From NCBI GenBank assembly GCA_977018835.1, contig OZ361258.1:4836001-4900000 (forward strand): a stretch of DNA of 64,000 bases, in the 5' to 3' direction. The notes beneath the pieces are model-generated. The model saw only the letters and a program-made list of their open reading frames with translations, was not told the DNA's origin and made no database searches. Each line of letters starts with the position of its first letter. Within the stretch, counting starts at the first letter, position 1. This stretch comes from Minutocellus sp. GHC0000111 (lineage: Eukaryota). This document shows, piece after piece, positions 12,889-24,840 of this stretch. Position numbers and translations under genes: made by a program.

Positions 12889-13352
12889 TTTTTCACTTAT
12901 TTGAAGGCCCAGCCACTCACTACATGCTAGATCTACAATCACACCAGCTACGTATCAAGCACGCTCGAAGTCACGTTTTGTTGCAACGCACACTCATGCA
13001 ATCACTCATCGCCTCATCACCTTCACGGATCAACCCGATCATCGATCAACAAAAGCACATCATCTTTTTGCACATATTGTCCTCCTATGTATATGGTTCA
13101 AATAATTGGCTGCGGCAATAGCTCGCAATAGGACGGAACAAATTACAAATCAAGCCAACCGCACATTCTCATCGTTTAAGCAGAAGTGCCCATTATATCA
13201 CTATTCATCATCTTATCACAAACAAAACAAAACAAAACAAAAATTGACTGCGTAATAATACCAGAACAATCTTCAAGGTTGATTAAATGCATAATTAGCT
13301 AAATCCTTTAATGGAAATCGGAATTCTCTTCTCTAATTTGTCTTAGTTGCTC

Positions 13353-14987
13353 TTATTGATCGAGTGGCCTCAACTCGACTCTGACATCTCGAATAGGATG
13401 AGACACGCCGACGCCTTGTGATGCATAATCGATTTGGGGTCGGGTCGAATCAACATCTCCATCGCCGACAAGTCGCATATCAAACATTGAAATAAGCACA
13501 GCGACGAATGCCTGCGTTTCGTAGCTGATGAACTTTCTTCCGGGACACAAGTGGTTTCCACCTCCAAAGGCAACGAGGGGCTTGGCAACTTTCCGTCCAT
13601 CCTTTTTGCTAAATGTCCGCTCTTGGAGCTCTCCATCTGCGCCCTTGATCGGCGCAAAGCGATCATATCTGTACGTCTCTGCCTCCTCAAACACTTCCTC
13701 ATCGTGATGAATGACGGCAGGGAATGCCATAACCCTCGTTCCCTTTTCAATGAGGTACTTTTGCCCTCCCGGCTTCTTGGGATCAAACACGAAATCCTCC
13801 GTGGCCTCTCGTGTAGTAAAAGCTCCGTGATAAAGTCTCAATCCCTCGTTGAAAGATGACTTCACTAGTACCATTTGATCGAGCTCTTCCAGAGAGAAGG
13901 ATGGCAGCTTGTTGGCATCGCTACTCCCATCCTGCTTCTTTCGAGACTTTGCAATCCCATCCACTTCCTCACGGATGGCCTGGTAAGCGACAGGGTCGGC
14001 GATGATGTGGTACAAACACCAGAATACTGCCGGGATGGAGTTGCCCACCGACGCAAACAACAGTCCCAGAGCACTCCTGACAAAGGCATTGCGGCTAAAG
14101 TTCAGACCCGTCCTTGCCTTCATCAGATCAGACCCTTCCTGAACAAACTGATCGTCGGAAATGATGTCAATCAAACTCTTCCGTGCGGCGGCGGCATCTT
14201 TGAGGAGGAACGATGGGGCCTCCCCAAACATGAGGGGGACACCCTTGTCGAATGCCTCGTACAGCTTCGATGCCTCGTCCGTAGCCAAATGACGGGAGAT
14301 GAGCGGCGCGACCGATGCCTTAAAGACACAGTTTCTGACGAATCGATACAGGTCCTTCTGCTGCCAACCGCTACTTGTATCATCTCGACCAGCAATCATC
14401 TGGGGCAGAATATCTTGAAATATGTCCTGTGCCTCCATCACCGTCTTGTTCAATTCTCCATCGGCGAAGAGATAGTGATGATACTGCCGATTGGCCTCCT
14501 TGGTCAGATCGGAAAATATTTCCTCTTCTTCCACGTCGTTGGTCACCCCCAGCACGTTGCGCGTAAACTGCTTTTGCAGGGCGTAGTCGTCGAGATACCT
14601 GGCGTATTTGCCGTTGTACACCATGGTGACTTGGTCGGGATCGCCGATGAACAGGCAGTGATCGCCGGCAATGGTGGCCGTGAAGATGGGCTGGTTTTGG
14701 AACTTGGCCGTGTATTTGGCAATGAACTTGCGGATTCCCTTGGACATTTCCAATGCCGAACCGAGGTAGGGGACGTAGGATGTGACGTGCGGGGGCAGGA
14801 GGACGTTGGGATCGTCGTACCGAGATAGCTTGGCATTGGACAGGCGGCTTGTGTGTTTCCGGCGGAGTAGGTAGAGGCCAGATACGGCAAGAAGGACCAA
14901 ATGTTCGGGCGAAAGAAATGATGGGATGATGGCCGATGACGACGATGGCCAGTGCTTGTCGAGAAGGTTCTGCAGTGTCGTCATCAT
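13353..14987 (-). CDS. Cytochrome P450, CYP7/CYP8/CYP39-like
   Basis: Heme motif FGGGNHLCPG, EGLR (ExxR), YDRF (PERF-like), I-helix ASVGNSIPAVFW, N-terminal hydrophobic anchor and PYLG proline motif. Likely start is the ATG at 14987 rather than 15470. Confidence 0.9.
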   Translation of the reverse strand: MMTTLQNLLDKHWPSSSSAIIPSFLSPEHLVLLAVSGLYLLRRKHTSRLSNAKLSRYDDPNVLLPPHVTSYVPYLGSALEMSKGIRKFIAKYTAKFQNQPIFTATIAGDHCLFIGDPDQVTMVYNGKYARYLDDYALQKQFTRNVLGVTNDVEEEEIFSDLTKEANRQYHHYLFADGELNKTVMEAQDIFQDILPQMIAGRDDTSSGWQQKDLYRFVRNCVFKASVAPLISRHLATDEASKLYEAFDKGVPLMFGEAPSFLLKDAAAARKSLIDIISDDQFVQEGSDLMKARTGLNFSRNAFVRSALGLLFASVGNSIPAVFWCLYHIIADPVAYQAIREEVDGIAKSRKKQDGSSDANKLPSFSLEELDQMVLVKSSFNEGLRLYHGAFTTREATEDFVFDPKKPGGQKYLIEKGTRVMAFPAVIHHDEEVFEEAETYRYDRFAPIKGADGELQERTFSKKDGRKVAKPLVAFGGGNHLCPGRKFISYETQAFVAVLISMFDMRLVGDGDVDSTRPQIDYASQGVGVSHPIRDVRVELRPLDQ

Positions 14988-15321
14988 GCATGCATTCGAT
15001 AAATGTGCCGACGCGACCAGAACCGAATCAATTTTTGAGGATCGCGGAACAACGAAACTATTGCAATTCTGGAATTGCACTGCACTGCTTTGCCGCGCGA
15101 TAGCTATCAATCCTGTTTCATTGCCAGTGGACCATGGAACTCCCTGACTTTGGGCTCGGCGATGTTCATCGGCGATATTATTGTGACTCATTCGACCCAG
15201 GACCAGCTGAAAGTTTGGCGAGACAAATCTCAAAGGCAACCATGCTACCCAAACCGAACTGGCAACGGCGTGAGCTTCCCCATTTGTATTAGTTCGCAAA
15301 TCCTTACCCACTGATATTGCC

Positions 15322-16647
15322 ATGTCGATCCTACTTAGCATCACGAGGCTGGCGACGGCGACCGCCGCCGCCGTCCTGGGCTCATCGGACATGCCAATGG
15401 CGCAGCATCCAATGAAACCGAACGAAATGTCCATGAATGGAGGCGACGACCAGACAATGACAATGCCCATGGAAGGGGTAGATGGTGAGATGCATCCTGA
15501 TATGGCGGTGGGTATTATGGAAACGCCGTCGACGCATTCGGATCACGCCGATCAGCATGTCGATGATGACATGGAAAGTTTCCGCCGACCAATCGACCCG
15601 TCCTTCGCCGGATGCGGCCGTACCGACGTCAATGCATCGTACCAATACGGCCTCATTAACGAGCGGATGCATCGGGGCATGGCCATCAATTTCACCGAAT
15701 CCAACGAGTTCAACTTCTTGGCGGGGATGATCCCCCATCACACGGCGGCGGTGGAGATGTGCAACGTTTATCTGCACGAGGTGAAGACGAATGAGAATGT
15801 AGCCGAAAACGAGGGAATTGCCTCGCTCTGCTACAACATCACCTACGGCCGAAAAGGTTGGGGTGTGTGGCAGTACGACTTTTCCCAGCCGGGAGAGATG
15901 GAGCAGATGATGGATGTCCTCATAGATATCGGCATGGTGGAGGAGTATGAGAATGGATGCTCCAACATGCCTTCGGATGAGGAGCATCACAGAAGCATAA
16001 TGGCCACTTCTACAATGGACATGGCACACGGAGAAGGCCATCACGGTGACATGTTCATGGGATGCGGACGATTGGACTTGCCGGAAGCAAAAGACTACAT
16101 TGCAGCCAACATGAAGATGCATGGGTACATGGCCCTCAACTTTACCAATGATGCCGCAGTGGACTTTTTGCTGGGCATGATCCCTCACCACGAAGGCGCT
16201 ATCGAAATGTGCGACATCTACTACAAATACTGGCGCTGTCCGAGCTGACGGCCATGTTGGAGTGCTCATCCTCTGAATGGTATTCCCACCGATCAACTGA
16301 CCTTTTATGAGACGCGCGACGTGCTGGCCGCTATGAAGCACATTTGTACAGATCACATCATGTCCACGCAACCCAAGGAGGTGGTGTGGATGAAGGAGGA
16401 GCTTCGGCGCTTGTCTCCAGATTCCTTGGTCGCGTACGAGCACATGCAAGAGATGGGGCATTATCCATGCAGCAGCACAGAATTGAAGGTGAATGATGTG
16501 ATGGATGAGCACTCGATGCACAACGGCATGGCAGACGACACGGAGGGTATGACGATGGAAAAGAATGAAGTTACCGATAGCATGATGATGATGGAAGGAG
16601 ATGGTCAAAGAAGGAGGAGGCAGTTGCGTGACATCAAATCATGGTGA
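15322..16647 (+). pseudogene. Secreted Met/His-rich DUF305 (CopM-like, ferritin-fold) metal-binding protein with in-frame TGA at 16246-16248
   Basis: Two FLxGMIPHHxxAxEMC motifs and a signal peptide. ORFs 15322-16248 and 16321-16647 are in the same frame and separated by a single TGA. Confidence 0.75.
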
Positions 16648-16679
16648 GAATAAACAACAAAACATTTAGTTATGCTACC

Positions 16680-18226
16680 TTAGCTACTTCCAATTTGATT
16701 CGAGCCAGCCATAAGATGGCGATCTCGTCCAGCAAAATATAGCTTTACCTTTTCCTTGTCATCGTTTGTAAGGCCAGCTTTCCAAACATCCACAATGAGT
16801 ACTGTCCGAGGCTCATTGCTATCGTTCCACACGCTGTGCACGTAGGAATCGTCAACTGGCAGCACTTTTCCGTTTTCCCAGCAGTCCGTTTCATTCGCAA
16901 TTCTAATTCCAACACCCTTGGGAATGTAGAGGGCCAAATGCAGCCGAACCTTGTGATTGCCGCTACCACAATGTGGACGAACTCTGGTGCTCTTGGTCAT
17001 GGTAGACATTTGTATGATGGCGTCGGGCAAGTCCTTTGCGTATTCATCAAAAATCTGCTTTAGAATTGCTGCCGATTGAGGAAACTTCTTCGTATTGTCG
17101 GAATCCCACTTGTTATGAAGCAACATGTCTGCTTGGAGCCATCTTGCTCCTTCACCCCCTCCCGCTAAATGCTCGCGATCGATATCCATCTTGCCAGGGA
17201 ATTTCTTATGCAGAATCAGTTCTCGTCGTATTGTATCCCAATTCTTTTCCAATATATCCACCGGACCGCGATACAAATCCGTCGAGGGAAAGGGATCACC
17301 GTGAGTCGAATTGGATTCCTCAAAGACAAAGAAATGCTGAGGTCGCTGATCTGGAAGGCCCCATATCCCCAACGATACCGCACCGTTGTATAATTTCCAC
17401 GCGGCCTTCGTGTCTTTCTGTTTGTCTGATTCATCTTCATGCAACTCGGCTCGAGATTCCAACGCTTGTCCGAGCATTTCGATTGCTCGTCTTTTGTCTG
17501 ATTGGCTGCTGGCCGTTGTGCGCTTATCAAACACAATGTCAAAGAATTTGTGCACCAGCATCACTCGGAGATGTGCCAACTGCAAGTTTTGCTCAAAGTA
17601 GAACGGTTCGCTGGACTTCCACAAAAGTCGGGCATACGCCATGGCATTTCGATGGACCGTGGCTGTGCCGGGTTGTGCGCTGACTTCGATGCCTTTTTGA
17701 CCAAATCCACCACCAATCGTTTGGGATGTCGCAACTGTACTTCCCACGGGGCTCGACTTTTTTCATTGAGCAGGAGCTGAACAAGTTGCATGCACACCGC
17801 CACATTTTTGTCCGAGATGGCCTTGGCAAGTGCCGGAATAATGTCGTATGGATTTTTGAACGCGTTCTCGGGAAGGGGCGGTAACTTCGTATTGCCATCG
17901 ACGGCATCGGTGAAGTCAGCCTTGACAAAGAGTTGATATGGAATGGAATTGATTTCATTCAGATGATCGAATGCACTAGGTATCCCAGCATGGGCGCTTG
18001 GCGAGCGTTGTATCTCGTTGTCGGTGCTGGAAGATGACGACCGCCATTGAGCAAGAACGATGGCAACAATACCGACGATGACTGCTGCGATTAGGCTGGC
18101 TGTGAAAGCAGTGCCACTGCCCTTTCGGCCGAGCAGTTCCTCATCCGTCAATACATCTGCCGAGACCAAAGCAACGGGCTTGTCACGCTTTTGCGGCGAC
18201 TTCCTGCCTTTGCTTTTGCCGGCCAT
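16680..18226 (-). pseudogene. Aspartyl/asparaginyl beta-hydroxylase-like 2OG-Fe(II) oxygenase, type II membrane, frameshifted near 17760
   Basis: C-terminal VRPHCG...RLHLAL...WENGK...DDSYVHSVWN...RTVLIVDVW. The N-terminal MAGKSK...TM segment lies in another frame, switching near an A-run at about 17757-17763. Confidence 0.78.
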
Positions 18227-18846
18227 CCTTCTCGAAATGAAATGAAAGAATGAGCGAGCGGGCGCGTGGCGGGGTGGCGAAAGGGGCATAATTATTATTC
18301 TTGGCGCTGCATAATGACCGACCGCGCACAGCGCCACCACGATCACGCGTGCCTGACGACCGAATGCTGCTGTCCCCTTCCATTGGCCGAATCGAGTCTC
18401 ACCTTATGCACCAAGCAGATCTCAGGATCGAAATGATAGATCCGTCTATAAAATACATGTATATCTCTAAAGTAGGTTATGGATCCCTCTTCATCATCCA
18501 ATCCAAGATTCCAAACAAGAGAAAATCCAAGTCCAACCTTGTCTCACGAATGGTGCAGCAGCTGCTTGCTTGGCTGAATCAGCTGCATCTAGGTATGTCC
18601 TTAAAATGTTCAGTCGTCATGGACTTCCAGCATCATCGGTTTCCGAGGTTTCCTGCTTACAAGACTTGGCACCGAAGCAAGAGCTTGACTCAAAATGTGT
18701 ACTCCGACCTGGCGTAACAAAAAAAGTCCATAGCCAACCATATTGCATAATTGCGAAAGGAGAAGCGAACCAAGCTGTCATATGGCCCAGCCAAAAGTAC
18801 CAGGACCGAAACCAAATATGACCGCCTTCTCCGCCCCGCAATCTTT

Positions 18847-19906
18847 TCACTGAATAACGCATCCGCATCCCGTCGATGCCGTGGCCGTCGTACCGTTCCT
18901 CGAACCCGATCCGCCCGATCCACCAGCACCGGCACCGCCTGCCCTTGATCCCTTGGCCACCTTGCCCGCCGCCGAGGCTCCGCCAGGAACAATGTGCTCC
19001 GGCGTGACCGCCACGTTGATCGGGGTGGCATGCGTCTTGAACACGGGAACCGAGCAGTCCTGGATGGATCGGGTGTCGGGCATCAGTATGCCTTTGCCCA
19101 TGCAGATCAGACGGAGGCGGTTGCCACCGGAGCACGGGTCCAGTTCTGATTTGGGGGAGATGGAAGAAGTTGAGGGTTCATTCGGAAATTGTCGGTTAGG
19201 AAGTCATGGGCGGTCATATCAGAAACCAAAGAAATCATATGAAACGAAACAAATAAAGCTCCGACTTTCAATACAACAATACCATCCACCAACGCAAACT
19301 TACCATCCGGCCACATCGACAACAGCATGCCCTTGACCTCCCCGACCGTATCGGTTGGTTTGCAATCCACCGTCACGTTCAGCCCATCCTTGTTGGGGAA
19401 GATGAATCGCAGCGTCACCTTGGACGGGTCATCGACAAAGGGCGGGGGTGGTTCGTATCTGCTGCACTTCTTTTGCTGGCGTTGTTGTCCTCGTCGTCGT
19501 CATTGTCCGATTCGCCGAGGGGTGCCGTCTTCTCGTCCTCCCCGACGGCCGAGGAATGGCCCGACACCTCGGGGATGGCCGACTCCGACGATGCGGGTTC
19601 GGGAGAGGGAGGAGCTGCCGGGACCGCAACCGCAATTGCTCCGTCGGCGTCGGAACTTCCGGTGGGTGTCGAGGAGCCCTCGCTGCCGGCCTCCTCTCCA
19701 GCGGCCTGGGGCGTGGCCGAGTCGGTCGTTTCACCGGCGCTCTGGCCTCCCGAGGAAACGTCGCTGGACTGATCTTCATCTTCGTGTTCGTCGTCGGCCG
19801 ATTGCGCACGATTAGTTATTGCCGCATCTTGTGCTTCCTCCTTCTCCTTCGGTGCGACATTGACAGTCACGTCCGCGACCTCGTTATCAACAACTTCTTC
19901 GCTCAT
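18847..19906 (-). pseudogene. Membrane-anchored ubiquitin-fold protein (MUB/UBL3-like) with acidic N-terminal extension; frameshift near 19450-19475; intron 19146-19303
   Basis: VTLRFIF...TDTVGEVKGMLLSMWPD|ELDPCSGGNRLRLICMGKGIL ubiquitin-like fold, ending in CGCVIQ (CaaX with an upstream Cys). GTAAG...CAG intron. The acidic exon-1 frame stops just before the Ubl frame. Confidence 0.8.
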
Positions 19907-20574
19907 GGTGGTTTGACAATGTTATGAAACAGTATGAATGTATATATGTGTATCGGTGTGCAGTGTTTGGGTTTGGATGGGATAGACCCTCGCTCTCTTC
20001 CTTCTTTCTCCGATGAGTTCTCAAGTTGTGCCCGAACTTTTCCGGCACTTATTGCAATATATGTTTGAATGCGATCAATGAACTTGCAGATACTATCAGA
20101 CCAATATGTGAACGAGAGTAGGCCTCGGTTTGTAGATGGTTCGGGTTGGTATTGTGCGTTCTATCAGCGGCAATACGTTTGACGAGTACCGACAGACTTC
20201 GGACGGTCTTTTCAACTCCAAGTCTGTGTGGGAACAGATGTGAAAAAGTTTCTCGAGCCAATCTTGTTTTGTGCTCCAATGCAACGCAGGATGTGCTGCG
20301 ATTTGGATCTTCACGTTGGTTGGTCGATCAGATACCAGGCTGTTTGGGTGGTATCTTGGTTATTGCTTCGTACTCACACTCTCCGCGTTCAAGGTACAAA
20401 GAGACCGCAAGCAGGCACACAGACGGCCGACCATCTTGGAACCGCGAGAAAGACGACACATGTCAGCGACGCGCTCAAAAATTCTGCTTACCGGAAATCC
20501 TAACCCCGACTTATTAGTGTTTCCGTAAAGAGATACCTCTCATCTTCTGGATGAGAGAAGACGATGCTTAGAGC

Positions 20575-20707
20575 AGAAGAACGAGATGAGGATGCGGCCG
20601 ACTGCTCCATCGCTGACAGCAACGGCCCCTCCAGACTCGACAGCGTTAGTGTGAAACGACGGACTGGCCTTGGTCTTGGCAGCGTTCTTCTTGGACTTCT
20701 TGCCCAT
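20575..20707 (-). pseudogene. 5' remnant of a MGKKSKKN Cys-rich/MYND paralogue
   Basis: ATGGGCAAGAAGTCCAAGAAGAACGCTGCCAAGACC... is closely similar to the start of the copy at 24231. Confidence 0.8.
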
Positions 20708-20828
20708 GGTCAGTTTGTGCTTTTGAACAAAGGTGCGTTTGGTTCAGTGTGCTTTTAGGCCTGCACAACATTTTTTGAAGTTTAGGGTTTTAGCCATCCA
20801 TTTCATTCATGCACATGTTGCCACTTCA

Positions 20829-21662
20829 CGTCGCTGGACTGATCTTCATCTTCGTGTTCGTCGTCGGCCGATGGCGCACGATTAGTTGTTGCCGCATCTT
20901 GTGCTTCCTCCTTCTCCTTGAGATCGACACTGGCAGTCACACACGTCCGCGACCTCGTTGTCATCATCAACAACAACAACAACTTCTTCGTTCGTTCATG
21001 ATGTCATGATGTTGTGAGATTGTGTGATGGTGTGCATCTGTGCGCAATTGTGCTTCAAGGTTCCTCCGGCGGCTCCTCTGTCTTTCTCCGATTCAAGCTC
21101 TCAAGTTGTGCCCGAACTTTCCGGCACTCATTGCAACATGGATTTGAACACGTGAAAAATGAACCCCCCACCAAAAGGCAGGCACTGCTAACAGACCAAT
21201 GTGTGTGTGAAAGAGAGGGCAGGCGTCGGGTGGCAGAGTGGGTTCGGGTCGGTGATGTGTGTTGACATCAGGCAACAAGTTTGACGACTGCCGACAGACT
21301 TCCGAACGGTCTTTTCAACTTCAAGTCTGTGTGGGAATAGATGTGGAAAAAGTTTCTCTCGAGCCAACAGTCTTGTTTTGTGTTTCCAACACAATTCCAA
21401 CACAAGATTTGCTGCGTTTCGGCTCTTCAGCTGGGGTGATCAGATACTAGCTAGGATGTTTGGGTGGTATCTTGGTTATGACTTCGTACTTACACTCTCC
21501 TCGATCAAGGCACAAAGAGACTGCAAGGCAACGATGCTAGTAAATGAGACGGCCGACCATCTTGGAACGAGAAGCAAGTCGACACATCAGCGCGACACGC
21601 TCAAAAATTCTTAACGGAAACTCCGAAGTTAGAATTTTGCCCACAAAGGAGACCTCTCATCT
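20829..21662. repeat. Diverged direct copy of 19759-20545 (MUB 5' end plus upstream intergenic region)
   Basis: Shared blocks in the same order: CGTCGCTGGACTGATCTTCATCTTCGTGTTCGTCGTCGGCCGAT, TCTCAAGTTGTGCCCGAACTTTTCCGGCACT, GACGGCCGACCATCTTGGAAC, ACCTCTCATCT. Confidence 0.9.
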
Positions 21663-21713
21663 AAATTGCCGGCAGCAGGCACGATGAGAATTCAAACGGT
21701 GGTGTCTTGAACG

Positions 21714-22862
21714 ATGGGGAAGAAGTCCAAGAAGAATGGAGGCGGCGCCAAGGCCAAGAACGCGGCAGCTGGTTCATCAACAATGATTGCAGCGGCTGCC
21801 GGGGGCATCGGCGGCAGTGTCCAGACAAGCGGAGGCAAGAAGCTCAAGTGCGTCCGATGCTTTGGAAATATCAAGGACGTAGCCAAGGCCCACCAGTGCC
21901 CCGGATGTTCCGACTTGTTCTGCTGGCGCTGCGAAAAGAAGGCGTTTAAAGAATGCCCCAATGGTGAGAATTGTGTCTATCCGATCCGGCGGTGCGCTGA
22001 TTGCGCTCATGCCTTGAGATACATGTCAGTCGCCAACAACTGTGCTGATAAGAAAGAATTCTTCGATTCGCTCGAGGCGCTCATTCGGTCGGACGAGCGG
22101 CTCAGCACGGAGTCCACGCCCTTTAGGTTTTGTAGTGGCCCCGACTGTCATGTAAGCGAATGCCACCGGTGCTGCATTGCGCTTAGAATCAGCACCCGCC
22201 TGCAGTGTTGTGTTCTCTGTCGGAAGACCCAATGCCGGAAGTGCGGGCACAGTCCCGACGCTGACACGATAATTGCCCTCCGCAGGGTGTTGGATAGGAA
22301 GCAGCAGTGCTTTGGTTTCGACAACGACGACAAAGCGGAAGTACTGCAAGTCATGAGGACTTCGGAACTATTTGCAAAGTGCCAGCGCTGCAAGCAATCG
22401 TTTTGCTTGCAGTGCGTAGACGAGCGATTCGGCCGCACCATTGCATCAGACCTCCTTTACCGTACAGCTTTCGGGGGGGAATTCCTTATCAGGGAGGGCA
22501 TTTGCTCGTTTTGTTACTGGTCCACCAAGCCGTGCACGAACCCGAACTGTCCAAAAGAGGTCGGAGTTCCGACCAAGCGGTGCGGTGGATGTCATGTCGA
22601 TCGGTACTGTAGCGTCGAATGCCAAGTGGCCATGTATCCCTATCATGCGGTCCGATGCAAGAAGATCCAGGAAAAGAGGCTGATCGCCAAGGACGAACAC
22701 GAGGAGAGAATTAGTATCGTTTCTGAGGAAACCACGTGCACCGATGAAGACAGCAGCAGTGGCAGCATGGAAAGAGAGAGAGAGAGAGAGAGAGAGAATG
22801 ATTTGCGCAGCGAAATCAGAAGCAGCAGGATGACGACGATGACGACGATAGCGTACATGTAG
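21714..22862 (+). CDS. Cys-rich multi-zinc-finger protein with C-terminal zf-MYND (MGKKSKKN family)
   Basis: Many CxxC pairs; MYND-like CTNPNC...RCGGCHVDRYCSVECQ...H...C. A (GA)n tract near 22772-22797 lies in the tail. Confidence 0.85.
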   Translation: MGKKSKKNGGGAKAKNAAAGSSTMIAAAAGGIGGSVQTSGGKKLKCVRCFGNIKDVAKAHQCPGCSDLFCWRCEKKAFKECPNGENCVYPIRRCADCAHALRYMSVANNCADKKEFFDSLEALIRSDERLSTESTPFRFCSGPDCHVSECHRCCIALRISTRLQCCVLCRKTQCRKCGHSPDADTIIALRRVLDRKQQCFGFDNDDKAEVLQVMRTSELFAKCQRCKQSFCLQCVDERFGRTIASDLLYRTAFGGEFLIREGICSFCYWSTKPCTNPNCPKEVGVPTKRCGGCHVDRYCSVECQVAMYPYHAVRCKKIQEKRLIAKDEHEERISIVSEETTCTDEDSSSGSMERERERERENDLRSEIRSSRMTTMTTIAYM

Positions 22863-23099
22863 TGCACAAGGATTTTTCTGAAGAATTGGCTAGAGACTAT
22901 GGCTATGGCTGCGTATCAATGTAGATCAAAACAACCATTTCCTCAAAATCCTGATGTATTATCGGTTGGACAGGGGGCTATGTAGGTTTTGCTAGAGTAA
23001 GATAAATTCAATGCGCAACGAACTTCTGACTTTATCACCCAACAGATCTACCGGCAAAGCGATGGCTGAACATATCATGCATTCCCTCTACAAACATTC

Positions 23100-24231
23100 T
23101 CAATCTTCCTCGCTCCTTCGAGCAGCTGCGGCTCTTTTGGCCTGGATACGCTCGCATCTCCCAACGTGATCGGGATACACCGCAGCTTGGCACTCAGCAG
23201 AGCAGTAACGATCGAGATGGCACCCACCACAGCGCTTGGTCGGAATACCAGCCTCGTTGGGACAGTTCGGATTCGTACAGGGCTTGGCCTACCAGTGATA
23301 ATCCATCTTATACTTCCCACGAACAACAGCGCGAGTCACCGTTTCACGGGCGATTTGTCTGAGTTCGACCTGGTCGATGCATGCATAGCATGACTTCTTG
23401 TTGCATGTATTGCATTTCACATACATATCAGGAGTGCTTGCTGATATCACTTCGCAGAAAAGAGCCTCGCAATCAGCTCTTGATCCCCCTTTTCCGTCAG
23501 AGCATATCATCTTGTATGTAAGATACGTTGCATCCTGAAATGGTGATCTATCTTTCATGCTGTGCATTGCATCTAGGAAACATTCGCCACACCATAGCTT
23601 TCCACAGCGAGAACAATGCAGCAGTCTGCTGCTTGAACTGCTCTGAGCACAGGGCAGACACCCAATTTTGGTTAACATATTTTTGCTAGATCCTTCGAGA
23701 CAAGTTTTGCTCATGCAGCCAAAAAAATGGCAAAGAGTCCACAGTTAGGTCCTCCCGACCGGAAATTAGATTGGCGAATGGATTGTGAGAAGACCAAAGA
23801 GTTTGCATGTTGTACTTGCTAATCCCACAGCCATTAGGCCTACTAGTACCAGGCGGAGGGTCGGGGGGCAAAACACCCGCTAGGATCAGCTCCTTCTCCA
23901 TTGTGCCCCCAGAGAAGCAACGCATGCAACGCCTCAGAGGCCGCGCGCATTCGTCGCCGTTTGGGCAATTCTGAAAATCTTTCTTCTCGCACCGCCAGCA
24001 GTAGAGCAGAGAACAACCGGGACACTGATGTGCCTTGGCAAGGTCCTTCAGGAGAGCGAGGCAGGAGATGCAGCGCTGCTTCTTGTTACTACCGCCGCTG
24101 CTGCTGGTCAGGATACCGCCGGCTGCTCCATCACTGGCAGAAACGTCCCCTCCAGAATCTCCGGCGTTAGCGTGCAAGGACGACGGACCGGCCGTGGTCT
24201 TGGCAGCGTTCTTCTTGGACTTCTTGCCCAT
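23100..24231 (-). pseudogene. MGKKSKKN/MYND paralogue, disabled
   Basis: Frameshift in a T-run near 23725. TAG at 23289-23291 where paralogues have Ser (WSxKPC). The MYND domain continues in frame after the TAG to a TGA at 23100. Confidence 0.85.
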
Positions 24232-24388
24232 CGTTGGCCAGATTTTGATCGGCGAATTGACTTTTGAGACTTTGAGCCTACATAATTCTTTCATCGATTT
24301 TCGAGATTTCATCCATTTTATTATTCTTGCTTTCATTTCTCTTGTTGACCTTGGAACATCGGTCTGCAGGTCGGTACATCACCAAGCC

Positions 24389-24829
24389 ATGGGTAAAAAG
24401 TCGAAGAAGAACGCCGCCAAGCCCAAGGGAAGTGCGTCGAGCGCGTCGGGGGAAGTTGGCGGTGGTGGTATCCAAGGCGAGACTAGTCTTGCAGCGATAG
24501 CGACCAGCGGCAGTAATAAGAAGAAGTTGAAATGTGTTCGTTGCTTCGGAAATATCAAGGATACCACAAAGGCACATGCTTGTCCTGGCTGTTCCCTGCT
24601 GTGCTGCTGGCGCTGCGAGAAGAAGTGCTTCTTTGGTTGCCCGAATGACGCTAGCTGCGCCACTCCCATGCGGCGGTGCTGGAACTGTATCGAAAGCAAG
24701 ACCCTCCAAAGCTCTTTGAATAAGGCCGGCCATCATTTCAGAGCGGAGCAACTTTCGGCACCGAACGCGAGAAGAGAAATTTATCACAAAATCACCGACG
24801 TTCAGCAAAAGGGGGAGCTAACATGCTAA
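24389..24829 (+). pseudogene. MGKKSKKN paralogue, 3'-truncated (no MYND domain)
   Basis: KKLKCVRCFGNIKD...CPGCS...CWRCEKK matches the 21714 copy. It stops 11 bp from the 3' end of the convergent PPAT gene. Confidence 0.8.
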
Positions 24830-24840
24830 TAGCAAAATTC

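Noticed and set aside
14988..15470. 161-aa N-terminal extension of the P450 ORF
   Set aside because: It overlaps the divergent DUF305 gene and its promoter. The membrane anchor follows the ATG at 14987.
13353..18226. P450 + DUF305 + 2OG oxygenase as a biosynthetic gene cluster
   Set aside because: No scaffold-forming enzyme is present and the oxygenase is of the protein-hydroxylase type. Adjacency alone is not evidence.
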